A stretch of 64,000 bases of DNA from the NCBI GenBank assembly GCA_020536535.1, contig JAHLWZ010000859.1, positions 1-64,000 of the forward strand, written 5' to 3'. A program made the translations under genes and the position numbers. Position 1 is the first letter of the stretch. Each line of letters starts with the position of its first letter. The notes beneath the pieces are model-generated. The model worked only from the letters and a program-made list of their open reading frames with translations. It was not told the origin of the DNA and searched no databases. The DNA is from Pelomyxa schiedti. Lineage: Eukaryota; Protista; Evosea. Below are positions 12,745-32,400 of the stretch, one piece after another.

Positions 12745-14233
12745 ATGGCGGCTGATGTGTCACATGCCATTCAACAAGTACAATTTGTAGTTACTCCTGC
12801 AAATAAACCGACGGTGGCGGTGAAATCTTGGCCGCAATACAGCAACGGAAGTGGTGTGGCTGATCCACGGTATTCAGTGGCCCAGCAACTGCTACCCAAC
12901 AAGACCGGCGGTTATGGCGTACGCGATCTCGACTTACCGTAGCATTTAAGTAACCAGTTTTTTCCACTCAAAGAAGCCACCCCCTGCTATTGTACGAGGC
13001 AGCATTGCAGATCCTGCAATGAACGAGCTATTCCAGACTGATAGGCTCGTCAGTGTTAATAACGGTCTCGTTGACACTATAGTGCGATGCTACAATCATC
13101 ATCACAACTTGGTTTGACAACTGCGCTTGAGAACGTCTTTTTCACCTCGCCAACCAAAGGTACTTCGACCAGAGGATATTTGGATTGCCATTATGTCACA
13201 GTTCTCGTTGTTTGTCAATGCAAACGCCGAGAGATTGAGATCACAGTTTGTGGCTCACACCGGTCAGAAGGTTATCCACCTTTGGCATTTCCCGAAACAA
13301 AGTAGTGACTTTAACTCACAGGAACTTACTGTTTATGGATCTGGATCACTCTATACTGCTGCTTACGAGAAGTTATGTAACGACATGGCTGAGGAAATTA
13401 GAAAGAACCTCGTAGATGCCACTGTTTGTGAGTGGGTCACTCCCAATTTCTCAACAACAACAGCTACAGACAAAGTTCGTTTTCTTGTCAGTTTGTTCTA
13501 AGCTCATGAACTGAAGGTTGTAGGATCTGCAACATTGATGTCCGCAATGCAGAAGTACTTTGCCTATAAGGTAATCCGACAAGCCATCCTTTCACTCACT
13601 GAAAATAGATGAGCTTAATGTGTGGAATTCCACAAGTTACTCTACAAGGAACACCGGCAGACTGGATGGAAATCAAAGCCCGCACACAAAGGCTTTCTAC
13701 ATACGGGTTGGAGAATTGGGTGCAACTTCTAAATCCCGTATTGGATGAGTTTATTGCAACTTCCCAAGGGCGAAGCAATAATAATTTTTGGCAACGAATT
13801 TGCCACTACACCTCAGTTCGCTTTTCTTGGTGATTTTTTTGTGCTCTAATATTGCTGATAGACTGGAAGTGGACCAACCTATTTGTCAGGGTGGGTCTCT
13901 GTATTTTGTGCATTCAATGAAAAGGGACACTGGCAAGCTGACACCAGGGATGTTAGTGTATGGACTGGCCAGCACATCACAAATGAATGGCCAAGTAGAA
14001 GCTTTTTCCGTTTCATAACCTTCCACTAAAATGGCCTAGTCATAGATATTGAAGATACACCCCCAGGTTTTGTCTCCACGCCCGTAACAGTCGATGACAA
14101 CGGCACAATTTACAAGACCACGCTTTGGAGTGGTTCCTTTGTACAAGAGTGGTCTCCCGATAAGCTCACAGCCCACCCCAGGCTAGACTGGCTAATGACT
14201 CTCAACGCACCAGACACAGAAAACTCAGAATGA
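12745..14233 (+). CDS. DUF4419 domain-containing protein
   Basis: [92 protein letters not shown] and [10 protein letters not shown] are typical DUF4419 motifs. Confidence 0.88.
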
Positions 14234-14325
14234 GGGGAGAGAAATGATAATTTCCATTTTCACCAATGTACATTCATTCAAGACAAGGCAGGCAGAACAG
14301 ACTATTGTGTAATAACGCACCTCGC

Positions 14326-15560
14326 TCACCAACCACCCTCCATGTTTGCTCCCACGTCAACAGGCTTGACAGGGTTGCTATGCACTGTTCCTGCATTTCC
14401 GCCATCTTTGTTGTCGTTTTCACTCTCAGCGGGGCTCGTCGGTGGTTCCACGCGGGGCGGCGCCGGCGATGATGGGATGCCGTCAACGGGTGCCGGCGTG
14501 TCATCTTTAGGGGGTTGTGGATCGGGGTGGTCTTGAGGTTGGTCCTCCACTGCATCCTCGTGGATGTACTTTTCTTGGGGGGACGGGGCAGGTGATGGTA
14601 GTAGGGGGTCAGATTTGGGCGCGTCGCCCGGGGTTGTGGTTGTGGTTGTGCTAGTCGTTGCTGGCGTTTCTTCAATTGTGGGAACTCCTGTTGCTGTTGC
14701 TGTTGTTGTTGTGGGTGATGGTGACGGTTCTTGCTGTTGCTCGAGGGCGGAGTTCGTTGATTCTGGTAATTGTGTTGGTTGGGCTGATGGTGGGTGTTCA
14801 TCTTCAACTTCAACTTCAGAACCAGACTTCGATGTCGATGTTGATGATGTCGCTGCTGATTCCACTGTTTCCGTTGGTGTTGTATGTTCTGTTGCAGATT
14901 GATTTTCTGTTTTGATTTCAGTTGCCGTGGCAGTTACTTTTTCTGTTGCTTCCGCTATTGGTGTTTCTGTGGCTGTGGCTGTGGTTGTTGTAGTTGCTGT
15001 TGTCGTTGCCGTTGATGCTGATGCTGATGCTGATATTGTCGGTTCTGTGTTTTCTGTAGTTGGCGTCGGTGATGGTGCTGGTTCTGTGTTTTCAGGCGTT
15101 AGTTCGGTTTCTGCTGTGATTTCTGGTGCTGAAGCTACTTCTGCTGTTGGCTCTTTACCTGTTGGGGCTCTGGGTCCAGGTTCTGGTGCAGAGTCTTTAT
15201 TTTCGGCTGAAGTAATTTCCTTCTGTTGTACTGTTGTTGTTTCCGTTGCCGAAATTTCTGTGTTTACTGGGTCCGGCTCTATTTTTGCCACTGACTCTGG
15301 AACTGGTACTTGCTCCAATTTTGGTTCAGGTTCAGGTTCAGGTTCCGGTTCAGGTTCCAGTTTTGGTGATGTTGGTGCTGTTTCCTGTTTTGGTTCTGCT
15401 TTTGGTTCGAGTTTTGCTACTTCCTCTGATTTTGGTTCTGGGAGTGGTGATGGTGATGGTACTGCTGGTTCTGATTCTGATTCTGATTCTATTTTTGGTT
15501 CTGCCTTCGGTTCGGGTTCTGGTTTTGATTCTGGTGGTGATGGTGATGGCGATGGCACTG

Positions 15561-15618
<58 letters not shown>

Positions 15619-18600
15619 CTTGCTTTCAGCCTGGGGTTCTAGCACTGGTCTTTGTTCTACTTCTAGTTCTGGATCTGGATCTGGCTTTTGTCCAGACTCT
15701 GGTGTTGGGACATCTAGAGTTACTTCCAGTGGGGCTGGTTTCTCCAACGAGGCTGGTGTTGACGCCTGAACCTCCTCCATGGAGTTTAACTTATCATCAA
15801 GGTCGTTGCGCGCGCTCTCTTCTTCGCTTACTGGCACTTCATTAGTTTCGTTCACAACATCCTGTTGTGTTGGTTTTTCGTCAACCACAGGATTTTCTGC
15901 TTCTCCATCCGAGCTGTGAGTAGTGGTACTGGGAGTTGCCTCACTATTTGAAGGCGCTGTTGTGTCAGCAATTTCCCCGGAAATAGCTGTTGATATCTCC
16001 TTATTGCTACTCAGGTATGTGTCTTCAGCTTCTAATTTGACAATACTTGCTGTTGCTACTGGTTCCGTTTCATTGATAGCAGTTCTTTCTGGCATAGGAG
16101 TGAGTTTGGTGCACTCTACACCATCTTTCTCTCCTGTGGTCTCCATATTGGAGGTCTCAGGTGTTTGTGGGTTCAGTTTGACTTCAGATGACTCTTTTTT
16201 GGTTGAATCAGGCTCAACAGCAGTAATGTCAAGTGGTGCTGTAATTGAAAGGTGAGATAATCTTCCCAGGCTTAACTGCGTGGGAAATGAACCTTCTCCC
16301 AGCAACTCAGTCTCATTGCCCTGGGGTGGCCCCTCTATCTCACTTGCATATGCATTACCGCCTAGGGCTTCCTGCTTATCCATAGCGTTCACGTCTTCAG
16401 CCTCAACAACATCCGTCGAAAACCCTGTTGTTGAAGTCTCCATTTTACTTACTGGAGGTGTTTGGTGAGTGGACACTGAAAGTGAGATAATAAGTTATGG
16501 TAATTTTGCTAACAGCTTGTACTGGCTAGCGAAATATATTACGCATATAGTGTACTTTGTGGTGAACAACCTTCATTCATATTGTCTGACTGTGCTCTTT
16601 CACCATCTAGCTCCTGGCTAGTATCCTCGCTGTAAGATTTTGGTGTGGCTTCACTCGGTTCAGTGGGAGTTATGCTGGTCGCAGTTGTTGTTTCTGCCGC
16701 GGATTCAACTGATCCCAACCCGAAGTCCTGTTGCTTGAGTGCATCCTCAGAGGGAGTGGATCCACCACTGATCTGGGTGTTTGTGGTATTGTCTGCACGT
16801 GTGAGGTAAGTCACTGTGTTGAAGGGTGTCATTTTTGGTTACAATACTTTTTAGTTGCAGGTTTTATTTAATCTTTGTTGTTGTTGGTTTTAACCTTCTG
16901 TCATCCCATCTTGGTATGGTATTGAAAACCCCTCGTGGTCTGGGCTAGTTCCATCACCTGAGACTGTTGTTTCTGGAGGGTTCGGATTATCATCATTCTG
17001 CTCATCGTCACTTTCATGTGGAGTACCGACACTAATATTTCCCGTGCTGGTACTGGTGCCATTCAACACCAACGTATTCTCTGGTACCACTGTTATTGGG
17101 TATTCCCCAGTAGAGCTGTCGAGGGTTTCATGTGGAATCTTGACTTTCTCCTCTATTGATCTTCCTCCTATTGCAGTCATGGATAAATGTTCATGCAACT
17201 CATTGGTCTCCACCGTTTCTTGGTTTATCTTATTCTCATTGGGAGCAGTGATGCCTGATGTTCCACTTGCAACAACGTCATTGCTTACGGTATTATCAGT
17301 AGCCCCCATTATAGAATAATTCTCAACTACATTCTCAACTACTTCTGGGTCTGATGTATGGTCTCGACTGTGATACTCTCCTTCATTTTCTTCTGTAATC
17401 CTTGACCCAGGTAGTGCATCGATTGGCCATGTTGGGTGCTCTTGTTCGGACTCTGTTTTGTTTTCTTCAAGGTACTTCATTTCGGGACTCAAACCATCCA
17501 CTGGGCCCAGGGCTGATTTATCACTCCAGATTCCTGGGGTGCTGACCTCTAGACTTGAATCAGGAATCTCAGTTTTTTCTGTCCCTGTCAGACCTAATAA
17601 GAGGGTGAATAATGTTGACCGGAAGAAGAAATTTAACCGTCTTGCTCGGACATTTTCTCAGCTGTATTGTCCATTTCTGTTGAGGGGCTGCTGGTGGACT
17701 CATAGTCTTGATTCTTTGTTCCTGTAGCTATTGTGTGACTTAGGTCTTCCTCTGTGGATCGATCTTCTTCTGTGATAGAAACTGGCTTGCAGTGTGCGGT
17801 CACTGCCTCAGGTTCAACTTTGATCTCAGAGTGGGCAAAGACAGATGATAAAATTTCCGAAGACGGTGGTACCTCGCCACGTTGAGTGAACCCTGAAGTG
17901 AGTGAAGTTGGTATACTGGGGTGTGTGCCTACGGTATCTATAAGAGGGAGGTTTAAGAAGGACAAGAAGAAGTAGTTCTACATACTCTCTGCCACACTGT
18001 CTATATCAAATCCACGTTCTTCTTGAACATGCTGTTTTTCAGCCGTGGAAACCTTCTCCAATGGTGGTTGTGAATCATCAATTCTTTCAACAGGGGGTTC
18101 ACAGGGCACTTGGGATTTGACTTTGATTTCTACCTCACACTTCTCCACTTTTTTGGTAGAAGACATGTTGCTTGCATTCAAATTTTGTTGTGTGTGAAAT
18201 GCGGTATAGAGCTGGTCACATCTTTTTTGTACTTCTAGAATTTCTCCTCGGAGCTGTTGCATAGGTTGTAATGCTGTCTCCAATGCTGCTTGAATCGCCT
18301 TCTTTTGATCATTAAGGTGAGTTTCCTGACTGTCTGATAAGTTCTTCAAATTCCTTTGTATCGTCTTGCTTAAGTCGGATGCCGTCGCCGTGTACAATGC
18401 CTGCCAAAAGAAGGGGCAGGTTAGCCAGATAATAAAAAAAAATTCCAGCCTGGAATTTGAAAAAAAAAAAGAAAAGAAAACCTTGAGATGTTGGTCCAGT
18501 TGCTTCTTCAAGTAAAGATCAAACAGTACATGAGTTACAGGCAAATCTGCAAAACTCAGCTCAGCACACTGCCCCTCCTCTCCCAGTTCCTCCCTCACCA

Positions 18601-19246
18601 ACCCATAATCATTCTCACCAACACAATCACAACCAGAATTCGAGTCCTCTGCGGTCTGGATTGGGTCACGCCAGGCCTGGTCCAAAGCACACAAAAGCTC
18701 AGTCTCCTCCTGGTCCTCAGGCTCCTCTGTGCACACCGGGACTGGCTGGGGGCGCTTCTCCGAAGCAGATTCGCGCGCGCCGGCAGCGGCGCGAGGCCGA
18801 GGCACAGGCCGCCGCAGCTTCCCAGTAAGGAAGCTGTAGCACAGCGACGCGCAGTACCACGACCCTATGACGACGACGCCGACGTAGGCGGCGGCCGACG
18901 CAGAAGACAGCGCGCTTCCAGATCGCAGCGATCGAAGGAGCGATCGCGGGCACCACGGCCCGTGCACAAATGCCAGAAGAGACGCGGCCGCGAACACCAA
19001 AATCGCCAGCGCGATTCGCGGACGTCGGCCAACCCGCGACGGCGAGGACGAAGACGACGGCGGCGCAGGCTTCGACTTGGGGCTGTTGATTATGGGAGGC
19101 GCCGACGAAGTGGGCGTGTGAGAGCACGAGACGCCGCTGGTGTTGGTTTGGTTCGCGTCAGCCGAATCGGTGCAACAATTGGTATCGGTGACGGTTGATG
19201 TCTTCGTCGCGCACGGGGCGGAGTGTTTGAAGGAAGCCCTGCGCAT
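14326..19246 (-). CDS. Large membrane-anchored protein: two N-terminal hydrophobic segments, a coiled coil, and over 1000 aa of acidic E/T/P-rich disordered tail with (PE)n repeats
   Basis: Collinear minus-strand ORFs 17978-19246, 17633-17965, 16890-17501, 16539-16832 and 14326-16476 are separated by short intron-like gaps (e.g. ACAGAAG|gttaaa...gtgcag|AC). TM-like segments are [19 protein letters not shown] and [23 protein letters not shown]. Confidence 0.65.
15563..15616. repeat. (GGTTCT)9 coding minisatellite encoding (EP)n on the minus strand
   Basis: Read directly from the sequence; related units recur at 15320-15530. Confidence 0.95.
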
Positions 19247-19391
19247 CCCTTCAGGCTAATTGATGGTTTGGTTTCTTTTTTGATTGGATACAGATTGAGA
19301 CCGTTTTAAAGCTGAGCCACAGGGTGGTGAAATTGACTCCATTTTACACAAAATTGTGCTGGGTTTTAGCCCAGGATTGGGTGTGACTTTG

Positions 19392-24831
<5,440 letters not shown>

Positions 24832-25007
24832 CGAGCTGGTGCCGCTGGGAAATTGCAATTTTTATTTCCCCTTTTTCGTTCTTTGTGTTTCCGGTATTGA
24901 GCCTTGAATTTCAACGGGAGATGAACTTCGTTTGCCGCTTTAAGGAACAAAGCACACGGTACAGAATTTATTTTTTTTTATGGACAAGGGAAAGGAAACG
25001 GGGAGGC

Positions 25008-26649
25008 CTATGAGGGCATTTGGATTAGAGTGGCGTACTTCCCGTACCCCTCTGGCTTTCTTGCAACCCACAGCAGTAATATGGAACTTAAAATCTAGCG
25101 CAGTGTTAGGCCGGGTAATGTGCTTCGCTTATTTTACCTGGGGGATCCAGTATGCAAAGACTTGGAACACGTAGGGGTTTATAACTTGCCCGGTAATTGG
25201 TCTGTAAAGCAGCATTATACCCTACAAGTGGGTTCACTGGGAGTTAAATTAATCAAGTAACTAAACCTGCAAAAGGAAGCTGACGAGACAGACAACCATA
25301 ACTAATAACTGGTGATGTTAGGCTTTTCCTGCTAGGACATTGAGAGTCATACCAATAAATACAAAGATGTTTGCCGAACTGTCGAAAATGAGAAGATGGT
25401 GAAAGGAAACCAGGAATTTACATCTGAAGAAAACGTCCGTCTTTTCCAGGTAGTACACTTTCCTTAAAACCAGAAATACGGTCACCGTATATCCAATAGC
25501 ACTGATAATACTATACACAGAAATGGCTACAACAGAAGTATTATACAACCAATGGACTGTAGGGGTGTATTAGAGGAGGATAAGAATTCGGCAACATACT
25601 GTCTTCCTCACTGCTTTCGTATGTAGGTGGACCACATTTCTCAGGGTGCGCCATGAAGTAAACTGAACAACAGATAGTGTATAAATAGGGCAGGCATAAT
25701 ATGGTCCAAAATAGTATGTTAGCTAGTATTGAGACCCACAGTCTTCTGTTCACAATAGAAGAATACATTTGTTCGAGCCTGTGCTACATTTCCCCTCATC
25801 AATGGAACAAAATGAAATTAGCACTTTACATGTGAACGAGAATCAGCAGCAACGATGTAAAGAATAAGCACGAAGCTATTGTGCCAAAGAAAAAATTGAG
25901 ACCAGTTAGGAAACCTTGCTCTCCCGTTCCATATGGCTCCACTTCAAAATCCAGAACCATGGAAACTACTGCATAAAGTACAGTACCTTTTGTTTTGGTA
26001 TTGTTGGGAGGTTTTATTTTAATTGGTAACGTGTGCACTGGGAAGTTTAAAGTGAAAAGACCTGAAAAAGGGGGAACATACAAAAATAGAATGAAAACAA
26101 GAAGGCATGAAACTGTACAAGGCGGGAATACCATGCCCTGCACATATTTTTGTTTTTCTTGCCCCAACCGCGACGTTTACAGCACTTGCAGCGGCAGCAG
26201 CTCGATTCCGGTTGGTTCCACCTAGGAGCCCAAACACCACCAGCAGGAGCAGGGGAGCCAAATAATGGGCTCGCATAAGCTGGGCTCGTGGTGTAGTTTG
26301 AGGTGTAAGCCTGGCTCGAAGTGTAAAGCACCGTAGAGGTTACAGGGGCAATTCCAGTTGTCGCCGGGGTTGCAGGAAATAACGAAGACGGTGCGGGTAA
26401 AATGCCCGATGAAGCCATTAAGCTGGGAACTGGGCCGGGCGCCAGACCCGGAGGCGGTTTGGCGTATAAAAAGTGAACGAGAAAGCGCCATGCCGACACG
26501 AAACACAGAGCCGTGTAGAGAACGAGGTTTATCGAGTCGATAATAACCTCGGAGTAGTTCCAGTCATCGGACGTAGATGTGCCGTTGCTAACAACAGACG
26601 TAGATCCGAGATCCCCCAACGCAACAGAGCCACTCCCACCAACCAGCAT
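25008..26649 (-). CDS. Multi-pass (about 7TM) membrane protein, THH1/TOM1/GPR137-like
   Basis: Successive hydrophobic exons: IIDSINLVLYTALCFVSAW, LVQFHAFLFSFYF, FFFGTIASCLFFTSLLLILVH, LWVSILANILFWTILCLPYLY, VAISVYSIISAIGYTV and VFQVFAYWIPQ|ILSSILLLW. TAG at 25010-25008. Confidence 0.65.
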
Positions 26650-26822
26650 TTTTTTTTTCGTGTTTGTGCGATGTGACGGAAAGCCACAAAAATCAACACC
26701 GAGGCTGCTTTTCAAATCCTGACACCAGTCCCCTGCCAAAAAAAACCATTGCTGAACTTACTGACGTTCTGTTGACTTTGGGGGCGGTTGCTTTCCCCAC
26801 AGGTTTGTTTGTTTTAGTTGTC

Positions 26823-29159
26823 CTAGCTGTAAAGTGAGCCGCCAAGTTCGGCACGGGGGCAGACGTGCAGAATGCTGCGGTTGTGCATAAGTGCGTCGAT
26901 TAGTTCGGTAAGAGTCGGAGCGCGAAGGAATCCGGGCTTGCGGCTTGTTTCGCAGGAATACCTTTCCGCGGTGTTGGCAAAGGTCAGGCGCTGAATCCTA
27001 AGGAATGATGGTTATTAAGCAGGAACTGACTTGGGAAGAGTGGGAAGCGGAGGAGGAGGAGAAGAAGTTGCCTGCGGTGGGTAGTTACACCACCACGCCG
27101 CCTGGACATGGTGAAGGGCTCTGTCCCGGGATTACTGTTGCTAAGTCGAATTAGGAATGTTCCGTCGTCTCTGCCTGCAAGCCAGAGGTCAGCTTCTGCT
27201 TTTGAGGCATCAGGCATGAACCACCTGGTTAATTCGATCATTCATAAAATGTTAAAAGGGAATCGCAGGTGTACGGTTGGTCAATGGCGGTTTCCATCTT
27301 TTTGGTGTTTAAAGATAAAATAAAGGATAGGATTCATACCTCAGCCACAATAAACAAGTTTTCAGGAAGATAAAACGCTCCAAACCATTTTTCTGCCATG
27401 TTGAATTTGGCCATTGTTACTGCCCCTTCCTCTATTTTTTTTTTAAATTAAAGGTTTGGACGTACAGATGTGTACCACATAGAACGGCACTAAGTTTGGC
27501 AAAATTGGGGCCAATTGTAGTCTCTTTTGAAACAGCAGTACAAAATTCTTCCCAGGCTACTGACTCTTGCAGCCCGCCACTTTTCTGTAGGAAAGAATAA
27601 AAGTTCGTCAACAAAGTTGGCACATACGCCAACTGAGCCAAAGTGCTTAGACCAAAAAAGTCTGCCTGAAGGGGAGTCTATCTGACTTTCCAGCATGACA
27701 ATCTCCAATTGAAGTAAAACTTGAGAGATAGATGGTCGCTGCCATTTTATTAGGACCGTTCTGTAAATGAATAAAGAAACGAACCTTAGCAGGATTGGCA
27801 TCCCAACAAGAAGTGATGAGTTCGGACTACAAAGGATTAGAAGAGAGTCACATGTACATGTTAAATCACCATGGAAGGAAGAGTGGGTATGGAGGGTGGA
27901 GGACCGTCTCTCCAATACTTGTGAGGTACTGTTGCTGGGATAGGCGGTCTTAGTCCACCAACGATTACATCTCTATAGAAAGGTTCCAGGTCAGTGTAAC
28001 TACTGAACGATTCTTCCTCAGTATAAATCTCCCACAAAATATAGCCGAGAGCATAGCTTGTGAAGAATGAAAAATGTGCTATTTTGCAAAAGAGAGATGT
28101 AGTCACATGTCTGAAGCAGTGGTTGCAGGTTGTCCAGCCCAAATCTCTGGTGCCAGGTAAAGTTCTAGAGTGGATCAGAGGACAAATATTCTCCAGAGTT
28201 ACTCACTTGTTCCTTTCACGTTTTTCGTTGTACGTTTATCATTATAAAATTGACTGAACCCAAAATCTGATACCTGCCAAAAAGGTTATAAAATAAGTAT
28301 CTTTTGTCTTGTTTTGATAAAGAAACCTTGACTCGGAAGGACTCATCAAGAAGAAGATTTGCTACAAAGCATCACAAATGGAGAAGGGGAAAATCTAACG
28401 GGAAAGGGTACCAGGTTTAAGGTCTCGGTGAACGATATGCAGAATGTCATGGAGCCAATTGATTCCAACAACCTATAAGTTCTGTTAAATCATTTATGGA
28501 GCAATTGTATGTACAGCATCATGAGCAATCTTTAATTTACGCCAGAAACTGAGGACAGGGTCAACATATTTTTTGAGTTCAGGGGGTACAGCTGCTGGCT
28601 TTCGAAGAACAACGTCCACATCACACACCATTTTCTCTAAAACAATCATCACATTCCCTTCAGCAGTGCAAGCACCTGTGCACAAAATGTTGGAATGGGG
28701 AATGCCAACCTAAAAGAAGGAAATACCCAAGAAAAGAACGACGTTGGTGTGGAAAATTGTCCTGTACGTTGTTGAAATGAAGCCCATGGAGGAGGCAAAA
28801 TTCAAACCTCAAAATTGCCACTTCTTCCCTGAAAAGAGCCAGTTCTTCTGGGCTGGACCACTGTTGCTTTTTCGGAACTTTAACAGCGACGTGAATGCCC
28901 TTCAAAACCGCTGAAAGAAGACACCTCGTTGTTAAGGTTTAACTCAAAAGGGAAAGGCATACCTTTGTACACATCTCCAAAGGCACCCCCACCGAGTTTA
29001 TCCGTTGCTGGGTTGAACAGAATTTCTGAACGTGGTATTTCCGGTGGCCCTGCTCTGAGGTCATCGACCTTGAAGAGAAAAGTAGGTTGCTCAGTATTGA
29101 AAACGAGCAGCAGTGGAACGACACACAGCCTTGCGCGAAAATAACCCTTTCTTCAACAT
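26823..29159 (-). CDS. TKL protein kinase with a C-terminal SH2 domain (Dictyostelium SHK-like)
   Basis: LGGGAFGDVYKG, VAVKVPK, HRDLKPANLLLD, VSDFG, GTKLYLAPEIW, and SH2 WFMPDASKAEADLWLAGRDDGTFLIRLS. The start is approximate. Confidence 0.9.
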
Positions 29160-29497
29160 GATAGCCCAAGCAAGGATCGGTGCCCTTTGTGTTTCCGGAA
29201 AAATAAAAAAATGTCAACCGAAAGCCTCAGATGGAGGGGAAGCAGTGGAATTGTGCCACTCAATGACATATTGGGCAGAAGCTCTTTGCTCAGGAGAGAA
29301 AAACCAAGTTAGGAAGCTAAGGGCAAAGAATAGGGTAGTCGATTCATAAATTGATCTTTTTCACTGGAAAACTCGGGGTACGGAACCAACAGAAAAAGAA
29401 AATCAAATGAGCCAAAACAACAACAAAAAAAACCGTAAACGTTGAGCGGGTGTAAAAACTCCAAAAGAAAAAATAAATAAAAACCCAAAACAAGCAA

Positions 29498-32400
29498 ATG
29501 GCAGACGAGGCCGTGCGATTTGGTAGCCCCTTTGTGTTTGTGGATGTGAAAAACGAGACAGAGGATATCTTTCAAGACGATGTGGAGGACGGTATTGCTG
29601 CATGTGCAGCTGAGCAAGCCAAGCTTTGGGCTGAGGAGGCGAAGGCGCAAGGGAAAGACCCTGCTTTCTTACGTGAACTCCTATCGTTGACAAATAGCTT
29701 AGCTTCCTCTGGTACACTTTGTTCGAACATCTCTATTACTTGTTGCCATCATTTTTTTGACACTTTTTTTTTTTTGTCACCATTTGAGTGCTGGTAGTAA
29801 CTATTCGTTGCAGGCAAGCCTAGGTCTGGTGCTATGGGTACAACTACGAGAATTCAACCACGTTTCCAAAAGGGAAAGCAGGCTGAATTTGATACCCGAG
29901 CCAAACGAGTGAGGTTTCTTCCTTTGTGACTTCACTTTACTGTTTCGTAGGTTGAAGAAGAGGAGAGGGAGAAGAGAAAGGCTTCCTCGAGTAGAGCGGA
30001 AAAGCTGAGAGCATTCGCTCTTGAAGAGGAGGCTAAGGCCTTAGCTGCAAAACCCTCCACTTCAGCTTCTGTTGTAACTGAAACGAGCACCTCTGCTGCT
30101 CCCCCACCCCCACCGCCACCGCCGCCACCTGGTATGGGTGATGAGGTTCAGGCTCTTGTGATCGAGCTTGGCAGTTGGTATGTCAAGGCTGGATTTGCTG
30201 GTACCTCCCATTCATTTGAGGCAGTTCAGTTGCTTAAAAAAAACAAGGTGATGACGCTCCAAGAGCTGTGGCCCCAGCTATCGTTGGAAGGCCAAGGCAC
30301 ACAGGTGTAATGGCTGGAATGGGAAACAAAGATGCGTAAGTCTCTTGCCCGTAGCTTTTTTTTATAGTTTACCTTTGATAGTTATGTTGGTGATGAAGCA
30401 CAATCAAAGAGAGGCAAGATCTTTGTTTATTTCTTCTTGAACTCATTTCTATAGGAATTCTAACCCTCAAATATCCTATTGAACATGGCATTGTTACAAA
30501 TTGGGATGATACAGAGAAAATCCTTCATCATTTTTTTTACAAGTATTCCCCAGCTTCTCCATAATTTCTTACTTAAGTCAGTGAATTGCGTGTTGCTCCT
30601 GAGGAACATCCTGTGCTCATGACAGAGGAACCTTTTAATCCTAAAGCTAATCGAGAGAAGATGACTCAACTACTTTTGTGTGTCACTAAGTTTGTGATGT
30701 TTACTAATGGATTCAGTGAGACATTTAATTGTCCAGCAGTGTACATTACCAGTGCCCCACTTCTTGCCCTTTATGCTGCTGGTCGTACAACGGGTATAGT
30801 GCTGTCCCTGGGTGATGGTGTTTCGTATGCTGTTCCAATTTATGAGGGTGCTGTCATTTCTCACGCTGTACTGAGAACCTACATAGGAGGCCGTGATTTG
30901 ACAGATTATGTACTGTTTCTGTATCGTTTTCGTCAATCTGACATGAAATTAGATGATGAAAATTTTAACGGAGCGCGGTTACTCCTTCACAACAACCGCT
31001 GAAAGGGAGATAGTAAGAGATATTAAGGAAAAATTGGCGTAAGTTCCTAAAATTATTGCATGAACTCTTATTTCCAAAGATATGTTGCTCTCGATTTTGA
31101 GGCGGAAATGGGAACAGCCGCAGCCTCCAGTTCTCTTGAGAAGTCTTATGAACTTCCTGATGGACAGGTTATCACGCTTGGTAATGAGCGATTCAGGTGT
31201 CCCGAAGCACTCTTCCAGCCATCTTTCATCGGAATGGAAGATACAGGAGTTCATGAAATGCGTAAATCGAACTCCATTGTATCCAATCTACTCATTCAAA
31301 AACCAAACAGTTTTCAACGCAATTTATAAATGTGATCCTGACATTCGAAGTACACTGTTTGGGAATGTTGTCCTTTGTGGCGGATCTTCAATGTTCCCCG
31401 GAATCGCTGACAGACTCCAGGCGGAATTAACAAATCTTGCTCCTAGCACGATGAAAGTGAAGATTATTGCACCTCCTGAGAGAAAGTACAGTGCGTGGAT
31501 CGGTGGCTCCATTTTTGCCTCTCTTTCCACATTCCAATCTGCCTGGATATCCAAAGAAGACTATGATGAATCTGGCCCTGGTATAGTTCATAGAAAGTGT
31601 TGGGAAGGTGGTAGTAGTGAATGTATTACACCAAGTCTCATATCCACACTTCCCACTCCCGCATCTACCCCTACCTCTACCACTGGATCTATGTCCATTG
31701 TCTCCCATCCAGCTACCACAACGATCCCCTCTGCAGTCGCAAGAGAGAGTATTTCTACTGCTGCCGCACCTACGCCTACGCCCACTCCCACCCCGGCGCC
31801 AAGGGAGAAAACGAACACAATTGCGAAAGTGAAACCTCTCTCTGACACCAACTCAATGATGGTTCGTATTGGCACATTAATTGACGACCACTCAGCGCAA
31901 CTGGTTGCAGGGAGGCCACTGGTGTGTTCCAACTGTGGTGGTGTTTTCAATACATACAGCAAAGTTGCTTCTGGCTTCTGGGGGTGCGAGTTCTGTGGCA
32001 CGGGAAATGTTGTGCCTCCAGGAACCCCCACTTTTACGCAACCCCTGGTCGAATTCTCTCTCAGTGGAGCTGCCACTGCAGGAAATACTGAGCACATGAT
32101 CGTTTTTTGTGTTGACGTCAGTGGTTTGTACCCTTTTCTGCTTTTCTCTCCCCCTAATCCACCTCAGGATCAATGAATACCCAGATCTCGGTTCCGTCAG
32201 GAGTCCGGCTCGGTGGTGAAGGACCTTCACGCAATACTGTCACTCGACTAGAATGCGTGCAAGCTGCTGTTTCTAGTCAAATACGCGCTCTTGTTAAGCA
32301 AGACCCAACAGCTAAAGTGGGCTTGATAGCATTTGGTTCAAATCTCACGCTCTTTGGTGACGGTACCTCATCACTTATGGTGGAATCTGGTCTCGATGAC

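Noticed and set aside
14912-16255. Long plus-strand ORFs with (GS)n or (VL)n repeats
   Set aside because: They are antisense shadows of the (EP)n/Thr-rich coding exon on the minus strand.
30134-31603. Stand-alone conventional actin gene
   Set aside because: There is no stop after HRKCW, the upstream frame is open and coding-like, and catalytic residues are altered.
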